A DNA stretch of 64,000 nt from Octopus sinensis (lineage: Eukaryota): contig NC_043006.1 in the NCBI RefSeq assembly GCF_006345805.1, positions 39,556,001-39,620,000 of the forward strand, in the 5' to 3' direction. The position numbers and the translations under genes are program-made. The notes beneath the pieces were generated by a model that was not told the origin of the DNA, searched no databases, and saw only the letters and a list, made by a program, of their open reading frames with translations. Positions 39,271 to 52,720 of this stretch are shown here, piece by piece (within the stretch, counting starts at the first letter, position 1; every line of letters starts with the position of its first letter).

Positions 39271-40003
39271 ATATACGTATAAGACCATCGGCCATCTTTC
39301 TTCTCCTAACTTGTGTTTCTTTCTTTCTATCCGTTGTAGATGGATCAAGGAAGATGTGTTCCTTTCAGTCTCCTGTCCAAGCTTGATTTACGCGTTCGCC
39401 ACCACAATCTCGTTTAGGCTTAGCATACCCTTCCTGTTTGTTTTAACTGTCCTGTTTCTGTTACCAATTTTGACACCCCACAAAATCCTAAATTTTATTT
39501 AATTTGCTTTGCGGGAGCAGCTGTTTTATCGAAAGCGTATCATGTTGTTAAATGCTTGAAATAAGAGAGTAGAAAAACAGCCAACATCTGCTGAAGGGTC
39601 GTTTTTTTTTGGTTGTTTGTCTTGTTTTCCATTTATGTCTTTCGTTGTTCGAAAAAATAGTTCATATTCTATGTACTCGTACTTCGTATTTTTTGTTGTA
39701 CACGTTTCGTGACATCCTGTACCCACACATGCATGTATATATACGTATAGATGTAAGTATGTACAAATACGTATGTATAGATGCATATATATATATATAT
39801 AGATATATATATATATAGATATACATACGTACGTACGTACGTACGTATGTACCTACATTCATACATACATCATACATACATACTACATACATACATATAT
39901 ATATATATAGATATATATATATATTATATATATATATATAATATATATATATATACATACGTACGTACGTACGTACGTATGTACCTACATCATACATACA
40001 TAC

Positions 40004-40110
<107 letters not shown>

Positions 40111-40299
40111 CTTCCTCTCCGACGATAGCGTCTATGGCTTGCAGACGGGAGGCCTAAATGCATGAGCAACTTCCATTCCTCCAAAATACACACGCATGTG
40201 CACGAACGCACAGATACACATACACGATATACCTATAAGCGTCAACATAGATCGACAGATCTATATAATCTTTTGCAGAAAACTTCAAAATGCGTATAA

Positions 40300-40745
40300 C
40301 GTGCGGAAGGTAGCAAGCTGGCTGTATAACTAGCCCGTCGAACAAAATGCTTTCCGATCTGAGTTCAAATTCCAGCGAGGCGCACTTTACCATTCATTTT
40401 TTAGGGGTCGATAAAAGAAATACCAGTTTGATCACTGAGATCTATGTAATTGATTTACACCTCCACCGAAATTGCTGACCTTGTGCCCAAATTTGAAACT
40501 GCATTATAAGTAGCAGTATTATTACTATGAAAGGCGGTGAACTGGTAGAGTCGTTCACACGACGGCAAAAATGCTTAGCAATATTTCGTCCGTCTTTACG
40601 TTCCGAGTTCAAATTCCACCGAGGTTCACTTTGTCTTTTATCCTTTCTGGATCGGTAAAATAGGTACTAGTCTAGTACGGGGGTGGATGTAATCAAACCT
40701 CCCCCTTCCCCAAATTTCAGTCCTTGCGCCTATAGTAGAAGGGAT
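40300..40745 (+). mobile_element. Two tandem degenerate family A SINEs (short-tail variant)
   Basis: Two gagttcaaattcc..gaggt..actttg/a..tttcatcc blocks, each ending in ccttgtgcc. Confidence 0.7.
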
Positions 40746-40767
40746 TATTATTATTATTGAGTGAGAG

Positions 40768-41345
40768 AGCAGTGCTTGCCATCAAAGTGACATTGGGGTA
40801 AAATATACAAAGCCCAGTATACCCATCATGACTACCTGTCTGATGAGGGTGCACCAGGCACATGCATCACAACCATATGTGCACGTCATAGTGATCTCAT
40901 ATCAAGAGAAACAGCACATGACTTTGCAGGTGGGGCCCAGTTACAATTTTCTTCTGGTCGAGTAGCCCATCCTGCTCAAAAGGTCCCTGAATAAGAGTAG
41001 TTTAAGGATGTTGAACGAAACACCCACGTTTCCAGAGGTGAATTATTCAAACCCAAAGAATCCCTCTCGACACATAGCTATGATACTCCCCCACTACTTC
41101 TGCTCGTGATCAGAGATGCACATATCGTCAGCCACTAAGGGACATGTTCAACTGGTTAATGTCAAACAACTGACAAACAAATCTTTGGTATTGAGCAGAA
41201 TATTTGCTGTAGCCCATCTTTTATACCAAGACAAAACAATGTACATGATAACACTTCGAATCAGTTAAGATCAGAAGCTACGAGAGCCACTGTCTGGTAC
41301 TGCATCAGAGCATAGTCACTGCCTGGTACTGCATCAGAGCATTTA
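40768..41345 (+). mobile_element. Unclassified interspersed repeat with 3' tandem duplication and (ATT)n tail
   Basis: Higher-GC block ending in two copies of cactg(t/c)ctggtactgcatcagagcat, then (att)n. Confidence 0.45.
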
Positions 41346-41348
41346 TTA

Positions 41349-41393
<45 letters not shown>

Positions 41394-41402
41394 CTCTCTC
41401 GA

Positions 41403-41445
41403 CGCTCTGACGAATGAGATTTCAGAAGGAAACAGCTGCAGAGCG
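41403..41445 (+). ncRNA. Degenerate hammerhead-like motif (ACAGCTG stem III)
   Basis: cgct-CTGACGA...GAAA-CAGCTG-CA-gagcg; cleavage U mutated, weak stem II. Confidence 0.3.
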
Positions 41446-41914
41446 AGCTTAGTTCAACGTTTTGACGTATGTATGAAAATGTATGCGTGTGTGTGTGTAT
41501 GTTGGTGGTGGTGTGGGATGTCCGTATGTATATGCATGTGTATCTATAGATACACCTAGATCTTAGGGAAATACGTACGAATATGTGTATCAATGCTCAC
41601 TAGTGTTCATAATTAAAGTATAGATCAATTAAACGGCATCGTTGCTCTGTAAGTTTTGAAATCGATAAAATACACCAAATTTGCTGCTTTAAACATAGTC
41701 TTTGGAGACATTTCGAAGAAGAGGCATCGTGAACTGCGTTGAAGGCGTTGTGCTATACGTAATAAGTATCGGTTTTGTTGCCCAGATGTGCTGTTTAACG
41801 GAAATAATTCGTCAGAGATGTAAATTATCGAGAGATTATTAGGCTTACTGCTCTTCCTGTGCTTGTCGTAATTTTATTGCTAAAGGTGGAGTTACTGGAC
41901 AGCTTTGCAAGAGC

Positions 41915-41941
41915 GTCTATCTATCTATCTATCTATCTATC

Positions 41942-42013
<72 letters not shown>

Positions 42014-42060
42014 GTGTGTCTGTCTATCTATCTGTCAATGTTCAAGTCTGTCTGTCTATC
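41915..42060. repeat. (TCTA)n tetranucleotide microsatellite
   Basis: Direct sequence. Confidence 0.95.
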
Positions 42061-42210
42061 GACTTATCTGTCTACTTGTGAATAACAGCACTTTTTCTTG
42101 CTATCAGCCAATCAGCTTATCTATCTAGTAATTTCTCTGCTTATTGCTCTTTCTTTCTTCGGTTTGTCAACTGATTTATTTGTCCATCCGTAAATCCATC
42201 TATTCATCCA

Positions 42211-42253
<43 letters not shown>

Positions 42254-42378
42254 ATATATATATATATTATATATATATATATTATTGTATATATATATAT
42301 ATGTTAATCAGATCTTTCCCTCTATCTGCCTTCTAACTAAAAAACGACCTCTCTATCTATTTACATACAAACATATAA

Positions 42379-42423
<45 letters not shown>

Positions 42424-43111
42424 GTTTGTGTCCATCCATTCTTACGTCATTCTATTTGCTCATTGGCTTGTATTTAATTTCTTCAAATATTGATGAAACA
42501 AATAAAGTTATACAACAAATAAATACATTACAAGTATTTATAATGGAGGTTGTAACGACCTGTGTCTTCTTTAGTGCGGATGAGGGAACAAAATTATAAG
42601 CTGTTGACAAGTCTCTGAAAACTCTTATGCTTAAAAAACCGTTACGATCTTTAAAACGAATGCTATAATTTGATATAAGTTGCATATCTATGAATTATTT
42701 GGTATACAAAACTTTCATAAATTTTCACAGGACATATGCTCCCCACAGGATTTTAAACTCGTAATTTGCTACTAGTATTAAATAGGCTGCACACACCTGT
42801 TCTGGGGAATTAGTGATATGAATAACAATATTCGTTATATACAAAAATTAACCTCAGCGACAACAGAAATTTCACAGAAATATAAATTTTTTATCCTATG
42901 CTTCTTTCAGTCATCGGATTGCAATTGTATTCAGGTACCAACTTAGCTGGATCACCGACTTGGCCGGAGCACCGTCAGTTTCCGGACAAGATCGCCAGCT
43001 GTATATATGACTAATCCATACAAATCTATGGATAATATATATATATATATTTATTGGCTAAACTGGCAAAATGACCATTCCGAAATACAACAATATATAT
43101 ATATATATATA

Positions 43112-43305
43112 CTCTTTCACTCTTTACTCTTTTACTTGTTTCAGTCATTTGACTGCGGCCATACTGGAGCACCGCCTTTAATCGAGCAACTCGACCCCGG
43201 AACTTATTCTATTGTAAGCCCAGTACTTATTCTATCGGTCTCTTTTGCCGAACCGCTAAGTGACGGGGACACAAACACACCAGCGTCTGTTGTCAAGCAA
43301 TGCTA
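43112..43305 (-). mobile_element. 3' half of family B SINE
   Basis: Matches the family B tail. Confidence 0.85.
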
Positions 43306-43337
43306 ATATATATATATATATGTACATATACATATAT

Positions 43338-43560
43338 ATCTCTCTATATAAATGGCAGTTTGTCTGTCTGTGTGTCTGTGTGTCTGTCAGCTTGTACCCT
43401 CACCCTGACCACGGCTTTCAACCGATTCTGATGAAACTTGACACACACATAGCCCAATGTCATAATTCAAAACTAACGCAGCGAAAATTTTGAAAAGTTC
43501 CACCAGTTCTGAAAAAAATTGATAAATTCGACATGGGGTCGAGAATCTAAGCTTTTTATA
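43338..43560 (+). mobile_element. Non-autonomous Helitron/Helentron (DINE/HINE-like) 5' end
   Basis: tctctctatataaatggcag-(tgtc)n-...ccacggctttcaaccgattctgatgaaacttgacac matches the widespread HINE 5' motif. Confidence 0.6.
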
Positions 43561-44258
43561 TGCAACACATTTTCTGTTGTAATTTTCGCGACTTGCAATC
43601 GATTTTCACCAAACTCATGGTGAAGCTTAATGTTACCCTAAGAAACTTAATTCTGGCGTTAGTTTTCCATGCAATACCTTATCATCAGAAAAAATCGATA
43701 AAATCATGCCATTTTGGGAAATCGCGTTCAAATTCAAGATGACATATTTTCGACAATATCTTTCACAAATTGGCAGGAATTTTTTTTTAACTCACAGCGA
43801 GCATCATATCTGCTCCAAGGAGCTATATGGCCCTTTTTATTCCAATAGGGTACTTTATTACTGGAAAAAATCGGTTAATTAAATCATATGAGGCACATAT
43901 AGCAAACCAATTTGTATATTAAACACAAACCACAGACTGTCTAGGGGATGCAACTCGACCTTTTTAACTCTCGGAACACGAGAGGTAAGTATCCCAAAAT
44001 GTATAAAAATGTATAAAAACGGCAAAAAAGCGGGCAGCAATGTGAGTGACAACAACGAAAAAGTCAAAAGTGACCAAACTGAACAAACGAATGGAAAAGG
44101 TTTTTGGTGCACACGACAAAAGCGGTTTATGATAAACCAAGAGTTTAAAAGTAGCGTACGAGGACCCTTAGGGTACGTCTAAAATTTAAGGTAAAACGTT
44201 TGGGGTGGTAGTTATAAAGAAAGTTTAAACAAAAACAGTATACGAATAACTTCCGGCT

Positions 44259-44358
44259 NNNNNNNNNNNNNNNNNNNNNNNNNNNNNNNNNNNNNNNNNN
44301 NNNNNNNNNNNNNNNNNNNNNNNNNNNNNNNNNNNNNNNNNNNNNNNNNNNNNNNNNN
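44259..44358. other. Assembly gap (100 N)
   Basis: Direct sequence. Confidence 1.
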
Positions 44359-44556
44359 TAAATAATACTCAATCACATACTTTATTAAACTACCACATAA
44401 GAGACTGTAGGGTTAAGCATAAAAAAACAGAACAAATCAGTGTACACAAAGGAATGTACATAAACAGTGTACATAAAAGAGTAATGTTGTATAATAAGTA
44501 GAATATATATAAAAAAGAGAATATAAATATAAGTAAATATAAATATAAGTATAGAT

Positions 44557-44689
44557 TACATCTTACAGCTGTTTCGGCCATGTAGATAAGTATGTCTCAT
44601 TTTACCAATATTAGCCTTTTATGGTAGGTCAATATATGGATATAAATGAGACATTTACACAAATATCATAAGGCCTCTTCGGAGATATA
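44557..44689 (-). ncRNA. Hammerhead-like motif with ~100-nt stem II insert, core CCGAAGA (left arm)
   Basis: tatatct-CCGAAGA-ggcc...atgtctcattt...aaatgagacat...ggcc-GAAA-CAGCTG-TA-agatgta. Confidence 0.55.
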
Positions 44690-44907
44690 CATATACATAT
44701 GAGTGCATATACTCACACTCCTATACATATAAAAATATACATATATATAATAATGTAAATGATAATGTAAATAAATAATATAAATTAGTAAACATTGAAT
44801 GTGGAACATATATATGTTTACTAATTTATATTATTTATTTACATTATTATGTATATGTATATTTTTATATGTATAGGAGTGTGAGTATATGCACTCATAT
44901 GTATATG

Positions 44908-45040
44908 TATATTTCCGAAGAGGCCTTATGATATTTTTGTAAATGTCTCATTTATATCCATATATTGACCTATCATAAAAGGCTAATATTGGTAAAATGA
45001 GACATACTTATCTACATGGCCGAAACAGCTGTAAGATGTA
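44908..45040 (+). ncRNA. Hammerhead-like motif with ~100-nt stem II insert, core CCGAAGA (right arm)
   Basis: tatattt-CCGAAGA-ggcc...ggcc-GAAA-CAGCTG-TA-agatgta; stem I can pair over 7 bp including G-U. Confidence 0.55.
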
Positions 45041-45513
45041 ATCTATACTTATATTTATATTCTCTTTTTTATACATATTCTACTTATTATACAACATTAC
45101 TCTTTTATGTACACTTTTTATGTACATTCCTTTGTGTACACTGATTTGTTCTGCTTTTTTATGTTTAACCCTACAGTCTCTTATGTGGTAGTTTAATAAA
45201 GTATGTGATTGAGTATTATTTAATAATTGATATTTGATTTAGATGTATTTCTCCATTTTCTTATCTTGCATTAGTAATTTGTGGTAAATTGTTTTACCTT
45301 TGCCCATATAATACAGTAAATGAATTGATTGCATCGCAATCCTTAACATTTATGTATTAACTTTGTTGGGTACTTCACTAGCAGTTTATTGGATATATGT
45401 TATCCCATAGAGGGTTGCGTTTACAACCCCTATCTCAATTTGTATATATATATATACACATATATATATACATATATATAAATATATATGCATCTATTTA
45501 TCTATCTGTCTGT

Positions 45514-45588
<75 letters not shown>

Positions 45589-45869
45589 GTGGTGCGCCTA
45601 CTAGCTAGTCAGTGGTCGCGAAGAGCTTAAAGCAGCTAGCTTCAAGTAACAACACCACTGACGGCTACTTTCATTGCTGATAAACACATCTCTCATGGAC
45701 GCATACGACCTGATCGCATTATCTAACATATCTTTCTTTTGTCGTTCAACATATTTCACTTAACGTTTAATATTTCATATTTGGAAGTTCACACAAATGT
45801 TTGTTCTTTCATTCATCAACTAAATCAAAATATATCTTCGTTACTTATATAAGTGTGTGCGTGTTTGTA

Positions 45870-46198
45870 TATTTATGTTATATATATAAATACATGCATA
45901 CACACACATATATAGACATACATATACATTTATATATATATATGTGTACATATATATATATACACACACACACATATATATATATATACATATACATACA
46001 TATATATACATACATATACATATATATACATATACATATATATATACATACATATACATATATATATACATACATACATATACATACATATACATATATA
46101 TACATATATATACATACATATATATATATATATATATACATATATACATATATACATACATATATACATATATATACATATATGCATATACATACATA

Positions 46199-46230
<32 letters not shown>

Positions 46231-46471
46231 CATGCATACATATGCATACATATACATACATACACACATATATACATACATATACATGCATACATATACA
46301 TACATATACATACATATATGTATACATACATATATATACATACATAGATATACATATATATATATATATTTACATATACATACTTACATATGTATACATA
46401 CATATATATGCATACATATGTATACATATATATACACATATATATATAGATATATATACACATATACGTAC

Positions 46472-46504
<33 letters not shown>

Positions 46505-46650
46505 GATACACATGCATATATAGATATACACATATATATATCTATATATATATACATGCAAACGTATACATATATATATATTTACATACCTATGTATATA
46601 TATACATATATATACACATACACACACACACACACATATATATATATATG
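45870..46650. repeat. Long (TACA)n/(TA)n compound microsatellite
   Basis: Direct sequence; source of the 150-235 aa YIH-rich ORFs. Confidence 0.95.
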
Positions 46651-46778
46651 AAAGTAAATGTTTTTATTTTTCATTCCCTTCGAGAATTTATCCATAATTA
46701 GTGGTCTGGACTTTAACTGTTCTTTCTAGCGTAAAGGATTCCTATCATGATGTCTCTTAATATGCTTTATGTACACTG

Positions 46779-46825
<47 letters not shown>

Positions 46826-46879
46826 CTTGGAAATGGATGCGTGGCGTTCAATCAAATAATAATATAAATAATATATGTA

Positions 46880-46925
<46 letters not shown>

Positions 46926-47329
46926 TATGCATATATGGGTACAGGATGTCACTAAGTGTAAACAACATGAAATATGCAAACAACGAGGGAAGCAAACGCA
47001 CGACAAGTAACATAAAGAACGACCCTTCGTCAGTTGTCGGTTGGCATGTATGTATGTTTGTATGTACGTATGTGTGTGTGTAGATCTTAATATTCGGGTA
47101 TATGCATGAACTCAAGCATATATAGCACCGGACTTATGCGATCTCACTCACACACACAATGTTAAGTTTTCCGTTTGATATATTACCTGTAGATTCATCA
47201 ATACATCAACGTATGAGTTGATGTCAACCTATAAACAGTCAAGAAGTTTGTGGTACAACGACCATATCACAATACGTACACACATATGCAGCGCAAAATT
47301 TATAGCGCATCAACAATATTAGTTAGAAC

Positions 47330-47540
47330 AGGCGGCGAGCTGGCAGAATAGTTAGCACGCCGAGCGAAATACTTAGCGGTACTTGTCTTTACGTTCTGAG
47401 TTCAAATTCCGCCAAGGTCCACTTTACCTTTCATCCTTTCGGGGCCGATAAATAAAGTACCAGTTGCGTACTGAAATCGATCTAATCGGCTGGCCCCCTC
47501 CCCCAAAATTTCGAGCCTTGTGCCTAGAGTAGAAATGAAT
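47330..47540 (+). mobile_element. Family A SINE, short-tail variant
   Basis: ggcggcgagctggcagaa...gagttcaaattccgcc...ccttgtgcctagagtagaaa. Confidence 0.85.
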
Positions 47541-47664
47541 AGTAGTTAGAACAACAGTAATATCAATGACATCACTATGAACAATAAATATATCTACTGA
47601 CAGCTTTATATTTGGGACAATCCACTTTTGAACGGTGATACTTAGCGAGCTGGCAGAATTAATA

Positions 47665-48037
47665 GGTGCAGGAGTGGCTGTGTGGTAAGGAGCTTCCTTA
47701 CCAACCACATGGTTTCGGATTCAGTCCCACAGCGTGGTACCTTGGGCAAGTGTCTTCTACTAAAGTCTCGGGCCGATAAACGCCTTGTGAGTGTATTTGG
47801 TAGACGGAAATTGAAAGAAGCCCGTCGTATGTGTGTGTATGTGTGTGTATGTGTGTGTCTGTGTGTGCATGTTTGTCCCCACAACATCGGTTGTCAGCTG
47901 ATCCTGGTGTGTTTACGTCCCCGATAGAATAAGTACTAGGCTTACAAAGAATAAGTCCTGGGGTCGATTTGCTCGACTAAAAAAAGGTGGTACTCCAGCA
48001 TGGCTGCAGTCAAATCACTGAAACAAATAAAAGAGTA
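47665..48037 (+). mobile_element. Family B SINE with internal deletion
   Basis: Head ggtgcaggagtggctgtgtggtaag and tail gaaacaaataaaagagta. Confidence 0.85.
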
Positions 48038-49479
48038 CCGGAGATATTGCTTAAAATCAATTTATTCCGCTTTTTTACATTGCATGTTCTAATGGCACCG
48101 AATTTGACTTTCCCTTCCCTATCATCCATCGGAGTTGATGAAACACAAAGCAGATGAGCATTAAGGCCGATGTAGTCGACTCCCTTTTCGTTCAAAATTG
48201 TGGAATTTTTCTAAAATTATAAAAGGATTATTGGAGATATGTAACCAAGCCAAACACATCGCATTTGCAGCTATTGTCGTTATTGATGTTTCAACAGTTT
48301 CCATGCGTGCGTGCAGTTGCACGCGTCTATTTGTGCACTTGCACGTGTATCTGTGTGATTATTCATTCGATATTTTTTCAACGATGCACGGATGGATGAA
48401 TGGGTGCGATACTGCTTTTAAGATAGTGATGTAGTTGTGTTGTAGACTACTGTATATGCTTCTGTTGTTTCTCAGCGATCATGTATGCTGTGGCAGAGAC
48501 TGTGAAGGTTAAAGCTTCCAGCAATCACAAGCTGTCTGTTTTTGTTTTTTCTTTCCAATGTCCAAACGGTCTTTCATTTTTTTTTTTTTGTACAGACTTT
48601 GTTTTGTTGATCAAGTGCACTAAGGGTGTGATCTGTTTACAGCATGTGGTGATGCGAGGGTTAGCTCTTTTATGTTCTTTGTAATTTGAAGTCTGTTATG
48701 ATATATTGTCGAATGATTGAGAATGCAAGCAGCACTGGCATAATCCATTATGGATCGAATATTGTTTGTATACGAACGCTGTTTTTCTTCTCTTTGTGGT
48801 TGGTCAAATATTCAGTGTATGAATATTGTAAGTTTGACTGTGTGTCGCTTTCATTTGTTTTTCTATGCTTTTTACGTGTTTTGTAACACACATACACACA
48901 CACACGCAATGCAATAACGTATGTATATGTATGTATACTTAATACAACACACAAATGCATACATATATACATATACACACGTATAGACATATATGTCTAT
49001 AGATACATAGATACACATATGCACACACATGTTCTATGTAATTCCAAGGTTTTTGCCTTTGTGTCTGTTTATGTGTTTGTGTGAGTGCATGTATGTGTGT
49101 GTGTACATGTGTGTGTGTATGTGTGTGTGTGTGTAGTGTGTGTGTGTTTGATCTTGTGACTGTTACATTTAATAATATATGATGTTGCTGGATGAAGAGT
49201 GTGATGTGTTCTAGTTGCTTATTTTAAGCATGATTCCTAGGTGGCTGCAATACAGATCAAGAGGTTGTGCAAGGTTATATGAGGGAAGTATGTAAATCCG
49301 CAATCATTTACATACGAAGCTTCTTGCAGGATTTCAGGTGTGTAGAAATTACAGATTTTAAACTTTTCACGGCATTAATTACTGTCCTGTTTAGACGATG
49401 TTTATATTGTAATCTGCCGGTTTAGTCACCACCATGATCTACAAGCATTCATGAACATTTTGCATCAAACTGAATAGAA

Positions 49480-49785
49480 CACTATGTGCCAGAAGTTCTT
49501 AACCAATGGAGATGTTCCTAACCAGATCAAGCCGAAACTGTCGCTAGAAGCTAGGATCACCAACCATAAATTGGCATATTTTGGTCATATTATGGTCAGT
49601 GGCAAGAGAGGAAGAGGCCGACCAAGAACCCGCTGGCTTGACACCATCAAGAGTGACACGGGAATGACCATAATCAATCTGAAAGAAGCGATCCAGGATA
49701 GAGCTGGCTGGAGAACACTGATCCATCGAGTAACTGAGAGTCGACTTCGACTGAGCGGATAGGTAGGTAGATAGATAGATAGTGC
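49480..49785 (+). mobile_element. 3' end of RTE/BovB-like LINE
   Basis: ORF 49484-49762: QIKPKLSLEARIT..KLAYFGHIM..GKRGRGRPRTRWLD...WRTLIHRVTESRLRLSG; short (ATAG)n tail. Confidence 0.9.
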
Positions 49786-50181
49786 CAGAAAGTGCAGTAT
49801 GGTTATCAACATTACAGATTGCGTACTCGGCGCTAGGAATTTTTGGACCACATCTAGTCATTGACACTAGATTAAGCTTGTTCTGGCCCCCAACAACAAC
49901 AACAATAACAACAATTATATGGCTACAGTTATGCCACAGTTATAAAGAGAGAAAAAACAGCTACAAAAACAGAAACAGCAATTATGTGATTATATCTGTG
50001 CCAGAGCAAAAAGGTAACAGCAACAATAACAATAACAATTATATGTCTACATCTGTGCCACAGTTAAAAAAAAAGAAACAGCAACAACAACATCCAAACC
50101 ATTGCGATTACCATCCTCAATGCCACACCAAACAAGAAAAAGCTAACCATAACTACCATCAACATCATCATCATTAATACC

Positions 50182-50416
50182 TATTTCTTTACTACCCACA
50201 AGAGGCTAAATACAGAGAGGAAAAACAAGGACAGACAAACGGATTAAGTCGATTATATCGACCCCAGTGCGTAACTGGTACTTAATTTATCGACCCCGAA
50301 AGGATGAAAGGCAAATTCGGCGTCGGCGGAATTTGAACTCAGGACGTAGCGGCAGACGAAATACCGCTAAGCATTTCGCCCGGCGTGCTAGCGACTCTGC
50401 CAGCTCGCCGCCTTAT
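50182..50416 (-). mobile_element. Full-length family A SINE, long-tail variant
   Basis: 13-nt TSD ca(t/c)cattaatacc at 50169-50181 and 50417-50429. Confidence 0.9.
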
Positions 50417-50984
50417 CACCATTAATACCAGATCCACCAGAAGAGTTTTTGTGTGACCGCTCCACCAGATAAATCTGTTTCAAATTACTTCCCGGAAGGA
50501 CACATCGGATATTACCGATGAGGATGGTCATAAGTGGAGTGTTTTTAATCAGAATGCTAAACATTTTAAATATTAGTGATTCGTCGTTAACACAAATCCA
50601 ATTACTTGGAGGGTAATTTATCAACTTGGAAAGGACTAATAACAAGCTTGTCTTCCGTAGGATTTGAACGCAGAATGCCAAAAGCTACAATGAATGTTGT
50701 AAATCTTTTCCTTCCGGTGCTCTGCCAGCTCGGTGCGTTGAAAATCATAACAGCAACATAAAAAATAGTAATTCAACATCAGAAACAAAAGAAGAGGTGA
50801 CGCAGTTACTCGACTTACTAGAAATAGCAGCCAAATATCTTTCGTAACATTTGGTAACATTCTGAAAAACAGGAAGGAGATGTTATTCACGCCTTGCAGT
50901 GTCTGGAAGATATAATGAATATTCACGACTTGAACTTCTTTGATTTACGGTCTGCTCAATCACAACTGACAGAGCTTGGGCTAA

Positions 50985-50990
50985 ACTACT

Positions 50991-51080
<90 letters not shown>

Positions 51081-51306
51081 TTTGAAATTTATAGAAAAAC
51101 AAAACACGACGCCAAGTGTACGAACAACAACCAAGTGTATTAGTTTGACGTTCGAGAAAAATGAACAAGTCTTTTTACATTTCGAGCCTACGCTCTTCAA
51201 CGGGAAGGAATAAGAGGAAATAAACAGAGTGAATTTTAAAAGAAATTTGTAGATTTCAGCGATCAAACATGACGAATCCAGCTGCTGCTGCTGCTGCTGC
51301 TGCTGG

Positions 51307-51381
<75 letters not shown>

Positions 51382-51440
51382 TACTACTACTACTACTACC
51401 ACTACTACTACTACTACTACCACCACTACTACTACTACTA
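50985..51440. repeat. (CTA)n array split by an HHR-B insertion
   Basis: (cta)n at 50985-51080 and 51308-51440. Confidence 0.9.
51081..51262 (-). mobile_element. HHR-B repeat (hammerhead-like motif 51171-51208)
   Basis: Reverse complement cc-CGTTGA-A-gagc gtag gctc-GAAA-T-GTA-aaaag. Confidence 0.7.
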
Positions 51441-51699
51441 TTGATATGACAGACAAAATGTAAACAGCGAATTAGGGGAAGCTTTTATGCTTTAGCTCGA
51501 CCTGCTAGAAAGCGCAGCCGAATATCTTTTGAATGACACCCGATTTTCGCGAATGAGAAACGAAGCGATTGGCTGCAATAAAGTTGAAGATATCGTGTTT
51601 CTGAAAGGAAACGGGATTCAGAGAGGGTGAAGGGTGGTAGCGGGGGGGAATGTCTTGGGATCAAAAGACAGGTCGAACATTTCAAACATAGAATTAAAC

Positions 51700-51798
51700 A
51701 ACAACGACGACGAAGACAACAACAAAAGCGGCAGCAGCAGCAGTAGTAAGAATATTAACGAGAAAAATAACTGCAGCAGCAATTGTATCAGGAGCATC

Positions 51799-51844
<46 letters not shown>

Positions 51845-52720
51845 GTAGCAACGTTAAGACATCACCGTTAATAAGCCATTCAAGATATTCAGCTACAGTT
51901 ATAATGCAAAACAACAACAACAACAGCAATAACAATAAGAGCAGCAGGGGCAGCAGGAGCAGCAGCAATAATGGAACCATCGTTCAAGATCATCATCGTC
52001 GTCGTCGTTGTCTTCATCGTCTTCATCCCTATTGTCATTACCACCACTACAGCTACCACCACTGCGACGACCAATACCACCACCACCACCATGACAACAA
52101 CAACAACAACACTACAACGTAAAGACCACCATCACCACAAGAATGCATACGCTGCCGCCGACGACACCACCACCACCATCACAAAACACGACGCCGACGA
52201 CACCGCCGATGCCACGGTCACCACCACCAAAACCACCAGAACCACCTCCATCACCACAACAAACCACGACGCCGACTTCACCACCGTCACCACCACCACC
52301 ACCATCACCACCACAACCACCACCACCACTACCAGCACAAAACACAATGCCGACGATGCCGACACCGCTACCACCACTACCACCTGAATCACAATCACCA
52401 CAACTACCACCAAAACTATCTTCAGCAACACCGCTGCTATCACCACCGCCACCAACAACACCAAGGTGACTCCACCTTCGTCGTAGTAACTGCGATCACC
52501 AACGTCGCCACCGCCACCACCGTTCCTCACCAACATCGCCACCACTACCACCACCGACATCAACACCATGATATGATATTCACAACCATCGCCGACACCT
52601 CTACCTTCACCGCCCAAATCATCACCATCGCCAACACAACAACCACATTAAGAATCTCTAACAACAAGTCTAACAACACCACCAGCAGCAGCAGCAGTAG
52701 CGCCGTAAGCAGCAACAACA
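51700..52720. repeat. Cryptic triplet-repeat region (AAC/CAT/CAC/AGC)
   Basis: Mixed triplet runs giving poly-T/H/P/V ORFs in all frames. Confidence 0.85.

Larger units (their letters stand above)
44359..45222. repeat. Long inverted repeat (arms 44359-44795 and 44814-45222, 18-nt loop)
   Basis: Arms are reverse complements with scattered substitutions and short indels. Confidence 0.9.

Noticed and set aside
40840-40912. CTGATGAG...GAAAC in the unclassified repeat
   Set aside because: No stem II pairing adjacent to GAAA and no stem I; likely chance.
43428-43437. CTGATGAAAC
   Set aside because: Part of the standard HINE motif ccgatt(c/t)tgatgaaa; no ribozyme stems.
45801-46651. Long ORFs of 150-235 aa (YIH/MYV-rich), and similar ORFs at 515-1060, 9604-10072, 20050-20431 and 60778-61288
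   Set aside because: Translations of (TA)n/(TACA)n microsatellites, open in several frames on both strands; no coding signal.
46930-47045. Repeat shared with 39560-39740 containing CTGACGAAGGG
   Set aside because: A real dispersed repeat, but no GAAAC half or stem II partner was found, so it is not called an HHR.
50388-50681. 97-aa minus-strand ORF with normal complexity
   Set aside because: No recognisable domain, and its 3' end runs into a SINE; unsupported.
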